NCBI GenBank assembly: GCA_903930745.1
Contig: CAIYZX010000040.1
Coordinates: forward strand, 1 to 36,731
From: an uncultured Chloroflexota bacterium
Lineage (GTDB): Bacteria > Chloroflexota > Limnocylindria > Limnocylindrales > CSP1-4
Reading direction: 5' to 3'
DNA length: 36,731 nt
Part shown: positions 27,063 to 36,647 of the stretch, in pieces
Layout of the letters: every line of letters starts with the position of its first letter
How positions within the stretch are numbered: position 1 is the stretch's first letter
The notes under the pieces: generated by a model
Databases searched by the model: none
What the model was told of the DNA's origin: nothing
The model's input: only the letters and a program-made list of their open reading frames with translations
Made by a program: the position numbers and the translations under genes

Positions 27063-28630
27063 CGGTCCACTCCCTGTGCCCGTGCTGCGGCCTTCCATGC
27101 CTGGCTGTCACCTGTCCGGCCCGCCCGCTCCCATGGCAGCGCCTCCGAGGCGCGCATGCCCGCGACCTCGTCCGGTCGCTCCACCACCGCGATGCCCGTG
27201 GCCAGGAGCGCCTTCCGCGCCGCCTCGCGGCGCGTGGCCTCGCCGTCCCAGTTCGCCTCCACCCAGCCGGTGGAGAGGATCCCGTCCCGGAAGGCCTGGC
27301 TCCGGGCCACGTGGCGGTGGAACGGCAACGTCGTCTGCACGCCGCCAACCTCCGTCTCGTCCAGCGCCCGCCGCAGCCGGTCGATGGCCGTGTCGCGGTC
27401 CTGCGCATGGACCATCATCTTGGCGATCAGGTTGTCGTAGTCCGCGGGAACACGATCCCCGGCCTCGATGTGCGTGTCGATCCGGATCCCCGGACCGGCA
27501 GGCATCACCCACCGCCCAACACGTCCCGGCGTGGGCGCGAAGGCGCGGGCGGGATCCTCCGCGGAGAGCCGGACCTCGATGGCATGCGACCCCGGCGTGG
27601 CTGCCCGCTCCCCAGCAGCGATCACCTCCGGGCCCAGCGGCATCCCCGCGGCGATGCGGAACTGCTCACGCACGATGTCCACGCCGCTGACCAGCTCTGT
27701 CACGCCGTGCTCCACCTGGAGGCGCGTGTTGACCTCCAGGAACCAGAAGCTGCCGGACGGGTCATAGAGGAACTCGCAGGTGGCAGCGTTCCGGAGACCG
27801 GCCGCCTGGCCCATGGTCACGGCCAGGCCATGGAGGTGGCGGCGCTGTGCCTCGGCGAGACCGGGCGCGGGCGCCTCCTCCACCAGCTTCTGGTGCCGGC
27901 GCTGGAGCGAGCAGTCGCGCTCGCCCAGGGCGACGACGTGCCCGTGGTTGTCCGCGAGCAGCTGCACCTCGATGTGGCGCGCGGGGAGCACCTCACGCTC
28001 CAGGTAGACGGAGCCGTCGCCGAAGGCCGAGAGCGCCTCGCGTGACCCGGAGACCAGCGCGGCCGGCAGGTCCTCCTCCCGGGTGACCCGGCGCATGCCA
28101 CGGCCACCGCCGCCGGCCGCCGCCTTCACGAGGAGCGGGAAGCCGATGCCCCGGGCGGTCTCCGTGATCTGGGCGACCTGGTCCGGCCGATCCACCGGTG
28201 CGGGCTCCAGGGTGCCGGGAACATGGGGCACGCCCACCTTCGCTGCGAGCCGCCGCGCGTTGAGCTTGTCGCCCAGCATCTCGATGGCATGCGACTCCGG
28301 GCCAACGAAGACGATCCCCGCCTCCTCGGCCGCCCGCGCGAAGGCTGCCCGTTCCGCGAGGAAGCCGTAGCCCGGGTGGATGGCCTCTGCCCCGGTGGCC
28401 TTCGCCGCCTCGATGACGGCGTCGATCCTTAGGTAGCTCTCGGACGGGGCCGGAGGGCCAAGCCGGACCGCGATGTCTGCGAGGCGGACGTGGGCCGCCT
28501 CGCGGTCCGCGTCCGAGTAGACCGCCACCGACTCCATGCCCATCTCCTGGCAGGCGCGGATGATGCGGACGGCGATCTCGCCGCGGTTCGCGATGAGGAC
28601 TCGCCGGAACGGCGCGTCAGTGCTGGACAT
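27050..28630 (-). CDS. accC: biotin carboxylase subunit of an acyl-CoA (acetyl/propionyl) carboxylase
   Basis: 526 aa with FRRVLIANRGEIAVRIIRA, HPGYGFLAE, KAAAGGGGRGMR and FLEVNTRLQVEHGVTE. About 70 aa of non-BC tail follow. ATG 28630 with a GGGGAG SD. Confidence 0.93.
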   Translation of the reverse strand: MSSTDAPFRRVLIANRGEIAVRIIRACQEMGMESVAVYSDADREAAHVRLADIAVRLGPPAPSESYLRIDAVIEAAKATGAEAIHPGYGFLAERAAFARAAEEAGIVFVGPESHAIEMLGDKLNARRLAAKVGVPHVPGTLEPAPVDRPDQVAQITETARGIGFPLLVKAAAGGGGRGMRRVTREEDLPAALVSGSREALSAFGDGSVYLEREVLPARHIEVQLLADNHGHVVALGERDCSLQRRHQKLVEEAPAPGLAEAQRRHLHGLAVTMGQAAGLRNAATCEFLYDPSGSFWFLEVNTRLQVEHGVTELVSGVDIVREQFRIAAGMPLGPEVIAAGERAATPGSHAIEVRLSAEDPARAFAPTPGRVGRWVMPAGPGIRIDTHIEAGDRVPADYDNLIAKMMVHAQDRDTAIDRLRRALDETEVGGVQTTLPFHRHVARSQAFRDGILSTGWVEANWDGEATRREAARKALLATGIAVVERPDEVAGMRASEALPWERAGRTGDSQAWKAAARAQGVDRWPR

Positions 28631-28645
28631 GGGAGTCTCCCCGGG

Positions 28646-28663
28646 CGTCTTTACGCAAAGACG
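28646..28663 (-). promoter_or_regulatory. 18-bp palindrome CGTCTTT-N4-AAAGACG (copy 1), 15 nt upstream of the accC ATG
   Basis: The plus strand reads cgtctttacgcaaagacg, with perfect 7+7 inverted arms. It lies in the 47-nt pccB-accC spacer immediately 5' of the accC SD. The same arms recur at 30262-30279. Confidence 0.55.
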
Positions 28664-28677
28664 AGCACGCCATTGAC

Positions 28678-30231
<1,554 letters not shown>

Positions 30232-30261
30232 GTGCTGGCTTCCTTCCGAGAGTGGCCGGGC

Positions 30262-30279
30262 CGTCTTTGCACAAAGACG
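30262..30279 (-). promoter_or_regulatory. 18-bp palindrome CGTCTTT-N4-AAAGACG (copy 2), 30 nt upstream of the pccB GTG
   Basis: The plus strand reads cgtctttgcacaaagacg. The arms are identical to copy 1 and the central 4 nt differ. On the gene strand both copies are followed by (G)CCCGG and then the SD. A TAGAAT -10-like hexamer lies at 30312-30307 (minus). Confidence 0.55.
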
Positions 30280-30365
30280 TCGCGTGGTCGGTTCGGGGAC
30301 CACTCCATTCTAGGCCCGCCGGGCACCCCCGGACCGCCCGGGCGTGCGCGTCCGAGGCCGCGCGG

Positions 30366-30407
30366 ATATCCACAATCCGGTGCACAACTGCGACCGCGTG
30401 TGGACAA
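30366..30407. promoter_or_regulatory. cluster of DnaA-box-like 9-mers in the pccB/parA divergent intergenic region
   Basis: ATATCCACA (30366-30374, plus) matches TTATCCACA at 8 of 9 positions. TTGTGCACC (minus, 30387-30379) matches TTGTCCACA at 7 of 9. TTGTCCACA (minus, 30407-30399) matches the high-GC Gram-positive DnaA box consensus at 9 of 9. Confidence 0.4.
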
Positions 30408-30438
30408 CCCGCTGTCGTTGCGACGGGACCGCGGTAGG

Positions 30439-31272
30439 ATGCCCATCGTCCCGTCCAACCGTCGGACGACGCTCCGACCATCCGCCCCCGAGGTGCAGCC
30501 CTTGACGCACGTGATCGCGATCGCCAACCAGAAGGGTGGCGTTGGCAAGACGACGACCGCGATCAACCTCGCCGGCGCGCTCGCCGAGGAAGGGATGCGG
30601 GTCCTCCTGGTGGACATGGATCCGCAGGCCAACCTCACCGCGGGCGTGGGGATCAACCTCAACGCCGTGGCCAGGTCGATGGCGGACGTGCTCGCGGACG
30701 GACGCTGCACCTTCGCCGAGGCCATCCTTCCCACGGAGACCGAGGGGATCGACGTGGCGCCGGCCCACATCGACCTGGCCTCAACCGAGGGCGAGCTCTT
30801 CACCGCCCTGGGTCGGGAGAATGTCCTGCGCGAGGCGATGACGGACGCCATCGGGGCGTACGACTACGTGCTCATCGACTGCCCGCCCAACCTTGGCCTC
30901 CTGACGGTCAACGGGCTGGTCGCCGCGGACAGCGTCATCATCCCGGTGCAGACGCAGTTCTACGCGATGAAGGGGCTCAACAACCTGGTCAAGGTCATCA
31001 ACGCGATCCGGACGAAGCTCAACCGGAACCTCAAGGTGCTGGGCCTGCTCGCCACCTTCTACGATGGCCGCACCAACCTCGCCCGCGACATGCTGGACGA
31101 GATGCGCGTCGTGGGCGATCACCACGTCTTCACCACCATCGTCCGCTCGTCCGTGAAGCTGGGCGAGGCGCCGCTGGTGGGCCGCCCCATCACCGCGTAC
31201 GCGGGCCAGTCCGAGGCGGCACGAACGTATCGCGACCTCGCCCAGGAGGTGATCGACCTTGGCAAGGCCTGA
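30439..31272 (+). CDS. parA: ParA/Soj-family chromosome partitioning ATPase
   Basis: Real gene in the 3' part of track ORF 29491..31272. VIAIANQKGGVGKTTTAINLAGALA is the deviant Walker A, followed by VLLVDMDPQANLT and DYVLIDCPP. ATG 30439 is the longest canonical start. TTG 30502 (GAGG 9 nt upstream) would give the canonical short N-terminus MTHVIAIANQKGG. Confidence 0.9.
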   Translation: MPIVPSNRRTTLRPSAPEVQPLTHVIAIANQKGGVGKTTTAINLAGALAEEGMRVLLVDMDPQANLTAGVGINLNAVARSMADVLADGRCTFAEAILPTETEGIDVAPAHIDLASTEGELFTALGRENVLREAMTDAIGAYDYVLIDCPPNLGLLTVNGLVAADSVIIPVQTQFYAMKGLNNLVKVINAIRTKLNRNLKVLGLLATFYDGRTNLARDMLDEMRVVGDHHVFTTIVRSSVKLGEAPLVGRPITAYAGQSEAARTYRDLAQEVIDLGKA

Positions 31273-32299
31273 TTTCCGCGCCGCCGCCGCCCGCCGCCTG
31301 TCCGAGGACGGCGAGCTTCCGCCGGCGATCGTCAGCCTCCTCTCCCCCGAGGCCGCCGTCCGCTCCAAGGGTGTCAGGATCATCCCCGTTGAGAGGATCG
31401 AGCCGAACCCCGAGCAGCCTCGCCTCGCCTTCGACGAGTCCACCCTGGAGGAGCTGGCGGCGTCCATCCGCGAGCACGGCGTCCTGCAGCCCATCCTCGT
31501 CCGCCCCCGCGCAGACGGCGGCTACCAGCTGATCGCCGGCGAGCGCCGCTGGCGCGCGTCCAAGCTGGCCGCCCAGGCCACCATCCCGGCCCTCGTCGAG
31601 GACATCGACGACGAGACCGCCCTCGAGATCTCCATCATCGAGAACCTCCAGCGTGAGGACATCTCGCCGCTGGACGAGGCGGCGATGTATGACCGGATGA
31701 TCCGGGAGCACGGGTACTCCATCCGCAAGCTGGCCGAGAAGCTGGGCAAGGACAAGGGGTACCTGGAGAACCGCCTCCGCCTGGCGGGCGCACCGCCGGA
31801 GGTCCGGGAGCTGGTGTCATTGCGCAAGGACACCCTGTCCCACGCCTACGAGCTGATGAAGGTGGCGGACCCCAGGAAGCGCCGTCGGCTGGCCGAGCAG
31901 GTCGCCCGCAACGAGCTGTCCCTCGTCAAGCTGCGCGAGCGGATCGACGGGCGCCACCCGGCCACCGACGGCCCGGAGACGCCGACCCTCTCGCCCGCCG
32001 GCAGTGCAGCCACCCCGACCCCGCGGGCAGCCGCGGCGGCCACCCCCGTGCAGGGCGAGTGGACGGCACACGCCGCGCACGCCGCACCCGCCGGTCCGGT
32101 CGTGGACGACTCGCTCGTCTCCGCCAAGCAGCAGCTCAACGCGGCCGTTGAGGAGCTGCTGGACGTGCTCCGGAACCCGGACGTCCTGGCGGCCATCGGA
32201 CCCACGGACCGGACCAATCTCGCCAAGTACCTGACCATCGCGAAGCTTCGCCTGGAGAACGCGATTGCCGTGGTCCGCACGGGCGACCACGACCGGTAG
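31259..32299 (+). CDS. parB: ParB/Spo0J-family partition protein
   Basis: 346 aa with IIPVERIEPNPEQPR, LAASIREHGVLQPILVR, YQLIAGERRWRASKLA (ParB box II, GERRxRA) and an HTH region (IRKLAEKLGKDKGYLENRLRL). TTG start 31259 has AGGAGG 9 nt upstream and overlaps the parA end by 14 nt. Confidence 0.9.
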   Translation: MARPDFRAAAARRLSEDGELPPAIVSLLSPEAAVRSKGVRIIPVERIEPNPEQPRLAFDESTLEELAASIREHGVLQPILVRPRADGGYQLIAGERRWRASKLAAQATIPALVEDIDDETALEISIIENLQREDISPLDEAAMYDRMIREHGYSIRKLAEKLGKDKGYLENRLRLAGAPPEVRELVSLRKDTLSHAYELMKVADPRKRRRLAEQVARNELSLVKLRERIDGRHPATDGPETPTLSPAGSAATPTPRAAAAATPVQGEWTAHAAHAAPAGPVVDDSLVSAKQQLNAAVEELLDVLRNPDVLAAIGPTDRTNLAKYLTIAKLRLENAIAVVRTGDHDR

Positions 32300-32327
32300 A
32301 TCTCGGGCGATCCCGCGCAGCAACAGC

Positions 32328-32354
32328 GAAGCCGGCGCCATTGGCGCCGGCTTC
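32328..32354. terminator. perfect 12-bp GC hairpin between convergent parB and the secreted-protein gene
   Basis: GAAGCCGGCGCC-att-GGCGCCGGCTTC. It lies 29 nt after the parB stop and 41 nt after the stop of the minus-strand gene. No clear U-tract on either side. Confidence 0.6.
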
Positions 32355-32394
32355 GAGCTATCTGGTGGCCTGGCCCGCGATCCGGGCCTTGGCG

Positions 32395-32931
32395 TCAGGG
32401 CTGGGACGGGGCGTGCCCGGCGGCCTTGTCGCGGCCGGCCTGGCTCTTGGCCTGTCCCGCAGCCTTGTGCTCGGCGCCCTTGGCCTTGCCTGCGGCGGCC
32501 TTGTCGGCGTCCGGGTTGGTCACGCCACAGGACTCCGCCGTGACGGTCGTCCAGTCGATGGTGGCCAGGGTCACCGTGGCGTCCATCTGGGCGACGCAGC
32601 GGACGAACTGCCCGTGGTTGGCGAACCCCTCGGGGGTATCCATCTGGGCGGCGGTGGAGACGAGCGCGCCGTGGGTGTCATCGGCGGCCGGGCTCTCGGA
32701 CGGATCCTCGGTGGCCTCGGCATCCGTGGCCTCCGTGGTCTCGGTGGCCTGGTCCTCGTCCTGGTCCTCGTCGCCGGCGGAGGCGGTCTCCGTGGCGGTG
32801 GCGGACGGGTTCTCCGTCTCAGCGGTGAGACGAGAGGCGATCGGCGCAGCCGCGAAGACGGCGGTGCCCGAGATGGCGAGGACGGTCAGGGCGATGCCCA
32901 GGCTGCGCAGGTGGCGGGTGACGTCTGTCAT
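32395..32931 (-). CDS. hypothetical secreted protein (signal peptide, acidic D/E/T tract, duplicated HGxxVxxxAQMD motif, basic K/A tail)
   Basis: 178 aa. The N-terminal MTDVTRHLRSLGIALTVLAISGTAVFAAAP is signal-peptide-like. HGALVSTAAQMD and HGQFVRCVAQMD lie 7 aa apart. G/C at third codon positions is high. Confidence 0.65.
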   Translation of the reverse strand: MTDVTRHLRSLGIALTVLAISGTAVFAAAPIASRLTAETENPSATATETASAGDEDQDEDQATETTEATDAEATEDPSESPAADDTHGALVSTAAQMDTPEGFANHGQFVRCVAQMDATVTLATIDWTTVTAESCGVTNPDADKAAAGKAKGAEHKAAGQAKSQAGRDKAAGHAPSQP

Positions 32932-33067
32932 GGGACGATGGAGACCTCCGGGTACGTGATGCCACGCAGGATAACGTCCATACCAGGGATCGCGTTAGGG
33001 GCCCGATGGTCCGGGGGACCTTGGTCCGCCTGCCTGTGCGGGAAGGCAACGCTCCCCGCGGCGCAGA

Positions 33068-33433
33068 TCAGATGTAGACGAGCTCGTGGAAGTTCGCGAC
33101 GAGGTACTCCACCAGGCGGTCACGCCCGTCCGCGGTCTGCGAGCGGATGCCCGGCACCAGCGCCCAGAGGGAGACGGCGGGGACCATGAGGCGTCCCTGG
33201 GCGTCCTTGCCGATCGTGGCGGGCGGACCGCCGCCGGCGGCGAACACGCGTTCGAATTCGCGCTCCGTGAGCTTGGCGGCGCGGCAGAAGTCCTCCACCA
33301 CGCGGGATACGCCGCGGCGGATGGACACGTCGCGCATCATCTCGGCGGCCCAGGTGTCGATCTGGGCGTCAGGCTGCTCCGCGAGGCGGGCGCGGTACTC
33401 GCTGGCGTTGGCTGAGAGGCCGGTGGCTCCCAC
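33068..33433 (-). CDS. hypothetical 121-aa protein
   Basis: GTG start with GGAG 5-6 nt upstream and coding-like third positions. No TM, and no motif I recognise. Confidence 0.55.
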   Translation of the reverse strand: MGATGLSANASEYRARLAEQPDAQIDTWAAEMMRDVSIRRGVSRVVEDFCRAAKLTEREFERVFAAGGGPPATIGKDAQGRLMVPAVSLWALVPGIRSQTADGRDRLVEYLVANFHELVYI

Positions 33434-33519
33434 GGGTTCTCCAAGAGGTGCGGTGATCGCCTAGCAGGATGCCACAGACGGGCCTCCCCCGGTGCCCGCT
33501 TCGGCCCCCTTCGACCGGG

Positions 33520-34320
33520 CTATGCGGACGCTTCGCGGCCCGCGCGGCTGGCGAGATCCGTGCCTGCCGCATCGCCGGCACCCAGCTCCGGGCGGACGCC
33601 CTCCGGCCAGTCGTTGAACAGCTCCGTGATCCAGCGGCCGAACGGCCCGGGCACGCCCGGGTCCGGGAAGTCCGCGACCAGGGCGAGCAGCGCGTCCTCG
33701 GCCTGGCGCTTGAGCGCGGCCACGTTCTCGCGCGATGGCCGCCCCTCCGCAGGGATGGCCTCGCCAACGCGGATGCGCACCCGACGGCGGAAGCCCAGCC
33801 AGGACGTGCCGTTGACCGCCAGCGGCACCACCGGCACGCCGGAGCGGAGCGCGAAGTACGCGACGCCGTCCGCAAGCGGCAGCAGCTCGCGCTCGCCCCG
33901 GTGGATCCTCCCCTCCCCCGCGATGGCGATGGACCAGCCGTCCGCGAGGATCCGGGCCACCCGCCGCGCGATCTCCAGCATGTCGTCCTTGGCCGGGTGG
34001 TACGGGATGCCGAAGCCCAGCCAGCTGATCAGGCGGTTTCGGCCGCCCACGGTCATGTCGGCCTCCTTCGGGCCGAACATCGCGTACTTCGGGCGTCCGG
34101 GCAGGACGCCGATGAGGAAGATGGGGTCCGTCCACCCCACGTGGTTGAAGCAGTAAACCACCGGCTGCCTCGGCCACCCATGCGGGGCCTCCACGCGGAC
34201 GTCGAAGAGCAGGCCCGTGACGATCCTGCAGAACCAGCGCGCGAGGCGGACACGCCCCGGCCGATGGACCGGCATCGGGCTTGGCGTGGTTGCGGCCGCT
34301 GCGATCTCCACGGGAGCCAC
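33520..34320 (-). CDS. plsC: lysophospholipid (1-acyl-sn-glycerol-3-phosphate) acyltransferase family protein
   Basis: 266 aa with CFNHVGWTDP (the NHxxxxD acyltransferase motif), IAGEGRI (EGxR block) and VPVVPLAVNG. The start may be GTG 34320 or ATG 34275. Confidence 0.8.
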   Translation of the reverse strand: MAPVEIAAAATTPSPMPVHRPGRVRLARWFCRIVTGLLFDVRVEAPHGWPRQPVVYCFNHVGWTDPIFLIGVLPGRPKYAMFGPKEADMTVGGRNRLISWLGFGIPYHPAKDDMLEIARRVARILADGWSIAIAGEGRIHRGERELLPLADGVAYFALRSGVPVVPLAVNGTSWLGFRRRVRIRVGEAIPAEGRPSRENVAALKRQAEDALLALVADFPDPGVPGPFGRWITELFNDWPEGVRPELGAGDAAGTDLASRAGREASA

Positions 34321-34334
34321 GTCCCTTCGTCTGC

Positions 34335-35009
34335 TCAGGCGGGGAGCCGGTCCGGGTGGAGGTCGGCGAGCCGCGGAAGGATGACGCTGGCAAGGTCGCG
34401 AGCGTTACCGGCGGGTGGCACGGACGGGTTGGGCACCAGCACCACCGTCATGCCCGCGGCCCGGCCGGCCCGCACGCCGTTGAGCGAGTCCTCCACCACC
34501 AGGCACCGGTCCGGTGCCACGCCCAGCTTCTCCGCCGCCCGCAGGTAGACGTCCGGCTGCGGCTTGCCCAGCGGCACCTCGTCACTGGACGTGATCCCGG
34601 ACAGGACATCGCGGACCCCGAGGGCATCCACCGCGGCGTCGATCACCTCGCGGTGCGAGGAGGAGGCGATGGCCACGGACAGGCTCGCGGCGATGCGGCG
34701 GACCTGGGCAGGGGCGTCCCCGATGATGGGCGGATGGGCGTCACCCCGGTAGTGCGCCACGACCCCGTCCACCACGGTCCGGAGGATCTCGTCCACGGAC
34801 AGCTGGGGCAGGTCCAGCCGGCGCTGCATGATCTCCGCCCACTCGAGCGAGTTGCCGCCCATGACGGCCGCCTGGTCGTCATGGCCCCACGTGCGGCCAT
34901 GGTCTGCGGCGAAGCGGATGCGGACCTCGTCCCAGTACGGCTCCGAGTCCACGAGCACGCCGTCGAGATCGAGGAGGACGGCGTCGAAGCGGCGTGTGCG
35001 GTGGGTCAC
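34335..35009 (-). CDS. HAD-superfamily hydrolase (subfamily IA-like)
   Basis: 224 aa with FDAVLLDLDGVLVDSE (DxDG motif I), a mid-protein S/T motif and a VVEDSLNGVRAGRAAGM motif IV region. GTG start with no SD. Confidence 0.85.
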   Translation of the reverse strand: MTHRTRRFDAVLLDLDGVLVDSEPYWDEVRIRFAADHGRTWGHDDQAAVMGGNSLEWAEIMQRRLDLPQLSVDEILRTVVDGVVAHYRGDAHPPIIGDAPAQVRRIAASLSVAIASSSHREVIDAAVDALGVRDVLSGITSSDEVPLGKPQPDVYLRAAEKLGVAPDRCLVVEDSLNGVRAGRAAGMTVVLVPNPSVPPAGNARDLASVILPRLADLHPDRLPA

Positions 35010-35067
35010 GAGGGAAGGCTACCCGATGCACGGGCCGCATTGGAGACCGGAACCTGCCATGCGCCCT

Positions 35068-35096
35068 GTGACGGCAGGCGCGGGCTGGGTCAGAAT
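35068..35096 (+). promoter_or_regulatory. candidate promoter for the liaF-like/pspC pair
   Basis: GTGACG (35068-35073), a 17-nt spacer, then CAGAAT (35091-35096), about 45 nt upstream of ATG 35141. Pattern match only. Confidence 0.3.
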
Positions 35097-35140
35097 GGCC
35101 ACGATCCCGGGCTCGGCCGGGACGGGGCGAAGGAGCGCAC

Positions 35141-36112
35141 ATGCGGATCGACCGGGGGATGCTGGGCTGGGGCCTCTTCCTCATCATCGCGGGCGGCGTG
35201 CCGCTCGCCGTTCGCCAGGGCTCGCTGGACGCGGCCTCCGTGGCAAGGGCATGGGAGCTCTGGCCGCTCCTGCTCATCGGGGCAGGCCTGGGCCTGGTCC
35301 TCGCACGCACGCGCGCCGAACCCATCGGCGGCATCGTGGTGGCGGCTACCCTCGGCCTGATGGCGGGCTCCTTCATCACCGGCTGGACCTCCCCTGCCGG
35401 CGGCGCCTCCGTCTGCGGCCCGGGCGACCGGGCGCCCTTCGCCGACGCCACCGGCACCCTCGCGCAGGACGCCCGGGTCAGGCTGGAGATGGACTGCGGC
35501 GACCTCGTCGTGGCGGCGGGCACGGGTGACGGGTGGGTCGTCAGCGGCAGCACCCCCGGCGGCGGCGCTCCGCGAATCACCGGCGGCACCACCGACCTGC
35601 AGGTCCGGCCACCGGATCGGCCGGCCGGTATCTCCGCCGCCTCGACGCAGCTGCACGTGGGCCTGCCATCCACCTCGCGCCTCACGCTGGACGTGCGGCT
35701 CAACGCGGGAACCACGGCCGTCAACCTGGCCGGGCTGCAGGTGCCGTCGGCGACCATCGCGGTCAACGCCGGGAGCGCCCGGCTGGCCCTCGCGGGTGCC
35801 GCCATGACGGGCACGCTGGACGCCACCGTCAACGCGGGCTCGCTCACCGTGGCCCTGCCCGGCACGGGCCTGGACGGCTCGGTCGCGGTGAACGCGGGCT
35901 CTGCCCGCCTGTGCGTGCCGGAGAATGCGGCGATCCGCCTGCGTGTCGGCGACGGCGCGCTGGGCGCCACGAGCTTCGACGGCTTCGGCCTGGAGCGCGA
36001 CGGCTCCACCTGGGCCACCCCGGGCTTCGCCACCCACTCCACCGTCATCGACCTGCGGATCACCGCGAACCTGGGCTCCGTGAGCCTTGCCAAGGAGGCC
36101 GACTGTGACTGA
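35141..36112 (+). CDS. membrane protein with a LiaF/DUF4097-like (toastrack-type) repeat domain
   Basis: 323 aa with N-terminal TM helices (GWGLFLIIAGGV, LWPLLLIGAGLGLVL, IGGIVVAATLGLMAG). Four tandem NAG(S/T) beta-strand-like units follow (RLNAGTTAVNLAG, AVNAGSARLALAG, TVNAGSLTVALPG, AVNAGSARLCVPE). AAGGAG SD 5 nt upstream of ATG. The fold assignment is inferred. Confidence 0.65.
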   Translation: MRIDRGMLGWGLFLIIAGGVPLAVRQGSLDAASVARAWELWPLLLIGAGLGLVLARTRAEPIGGIVVAATLGLMAGSFITGWTSPAGGASVCGPGDRAPFADATGTLAQDARVRLEMDCGDLVVAAGTGDGWVVSGSTPGGGAPRITGGTTDLQVRPPDRPAGISAASTQLHVGLPSTSRLTLDVRLNAGTTAVNLAGLQVPSATIAVNAGSARLALAGAAMTGTLDATVNAGSLTVALPGTGLDGSVAVNAGSARLCVPENAAIRLRVGDGALGATSFDGFGLERDGSTWATPGFATHSTVIDLRITANLGSVSLAKEADCD

Positions 36113-36647
36113 CCGGCTCTACCGCTCGCCCTCTGACAGGATCGTCGCCGGCGTGGCCGGCGGCATGGCCGTCTGGCTGGGCGTGGACCCCACGCTGGTG
36201 CGCGTGGCCTGGGTCCTGCTGGCACTCGCGTCCTTCGGGATGGTGGCGCTCGTCTACATCGTGATGATGATCGTCACGCCGCTGCCGCCCGCGGGATGGG
36301 TCCCCTCGGGCCGGCCCTCGGGCGCGCCGGGCGGCGCACCCGGCAGCGGGCCGATCCCGGGCTGGGGCCAGGGCGCTGGCCAGCCGGGAGGACCCGCCCA
36401 GGATCCGCCGGCCGGCCAGCAGGCGCCGTGGGGCCAGGGGTGGCCCACCGGGACGCCGGCCGGTGACCCCGTGGCGGGCATCTCCCGCAACGGCGGGCTC
36501 GTCGGCGGCCTCGTGCTCATCGGTCTCGGCGCGTGGTTCCTGGTGGACCGCTACATCCACATCGACATGGCGCTGGTCTGGCCGGTGGTCATCATGGCGC
36601 TGGGTGGCCTCCTCATCGCGGGCGCGCTCCGCCGCAAGGACGGCTGA
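36105..36647 (+). CDS. pspC: PspC-domain membrane protein
   Basis: LYRSPSDRIVAGVAGGMAVWLGVDPTLVRVAWVLLALASFGMVALVYIVMMIV is the PspC domain. A P/G-rich linker and a C-terminal TM pair follow. I prefer GTG 36105 (AGGAGG 6 nt upstream, 8-nt overlap with the upstream gene). The track start is 36087. Confidence 0.85.
   Translation: MTDRLYRSPSDRIVAGVAGGMAVWLGVDPTLVRVAWVLLALASFGMVALVYIVMMIVTPLPPAGWVPSGRPSGAPGGAPGSGPIPGWGQGAGQPGGPAQDPPAGQQAPWGQGWPTGTPAGDPVAGISRNGGLVGGLVLIGLGAWFLVDRYIHIDMALVWPVVIMALGGLLIAGALRRKDG

Noticed and set aside
30300-30440. Replication origin (oriC) next to parA
   Set aside because: There are only two or three DnaA-box-like sites and no AT-rich unwinding element. No dnaA, dnaN or rpmH lies nearby, and the flanks are metabolic genes. 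It is kept only as a possible DnaA-regulated promoter.
30439-32400. parS site (TGTTNCACGTGAAACA-like) in or near parAB
   Set aside because: I did not see a convincing 16-mer by eye. The GTTTCAC at ~13987 lies inside rnpB. I cannot exclude a degenerate site without a matrix scan.
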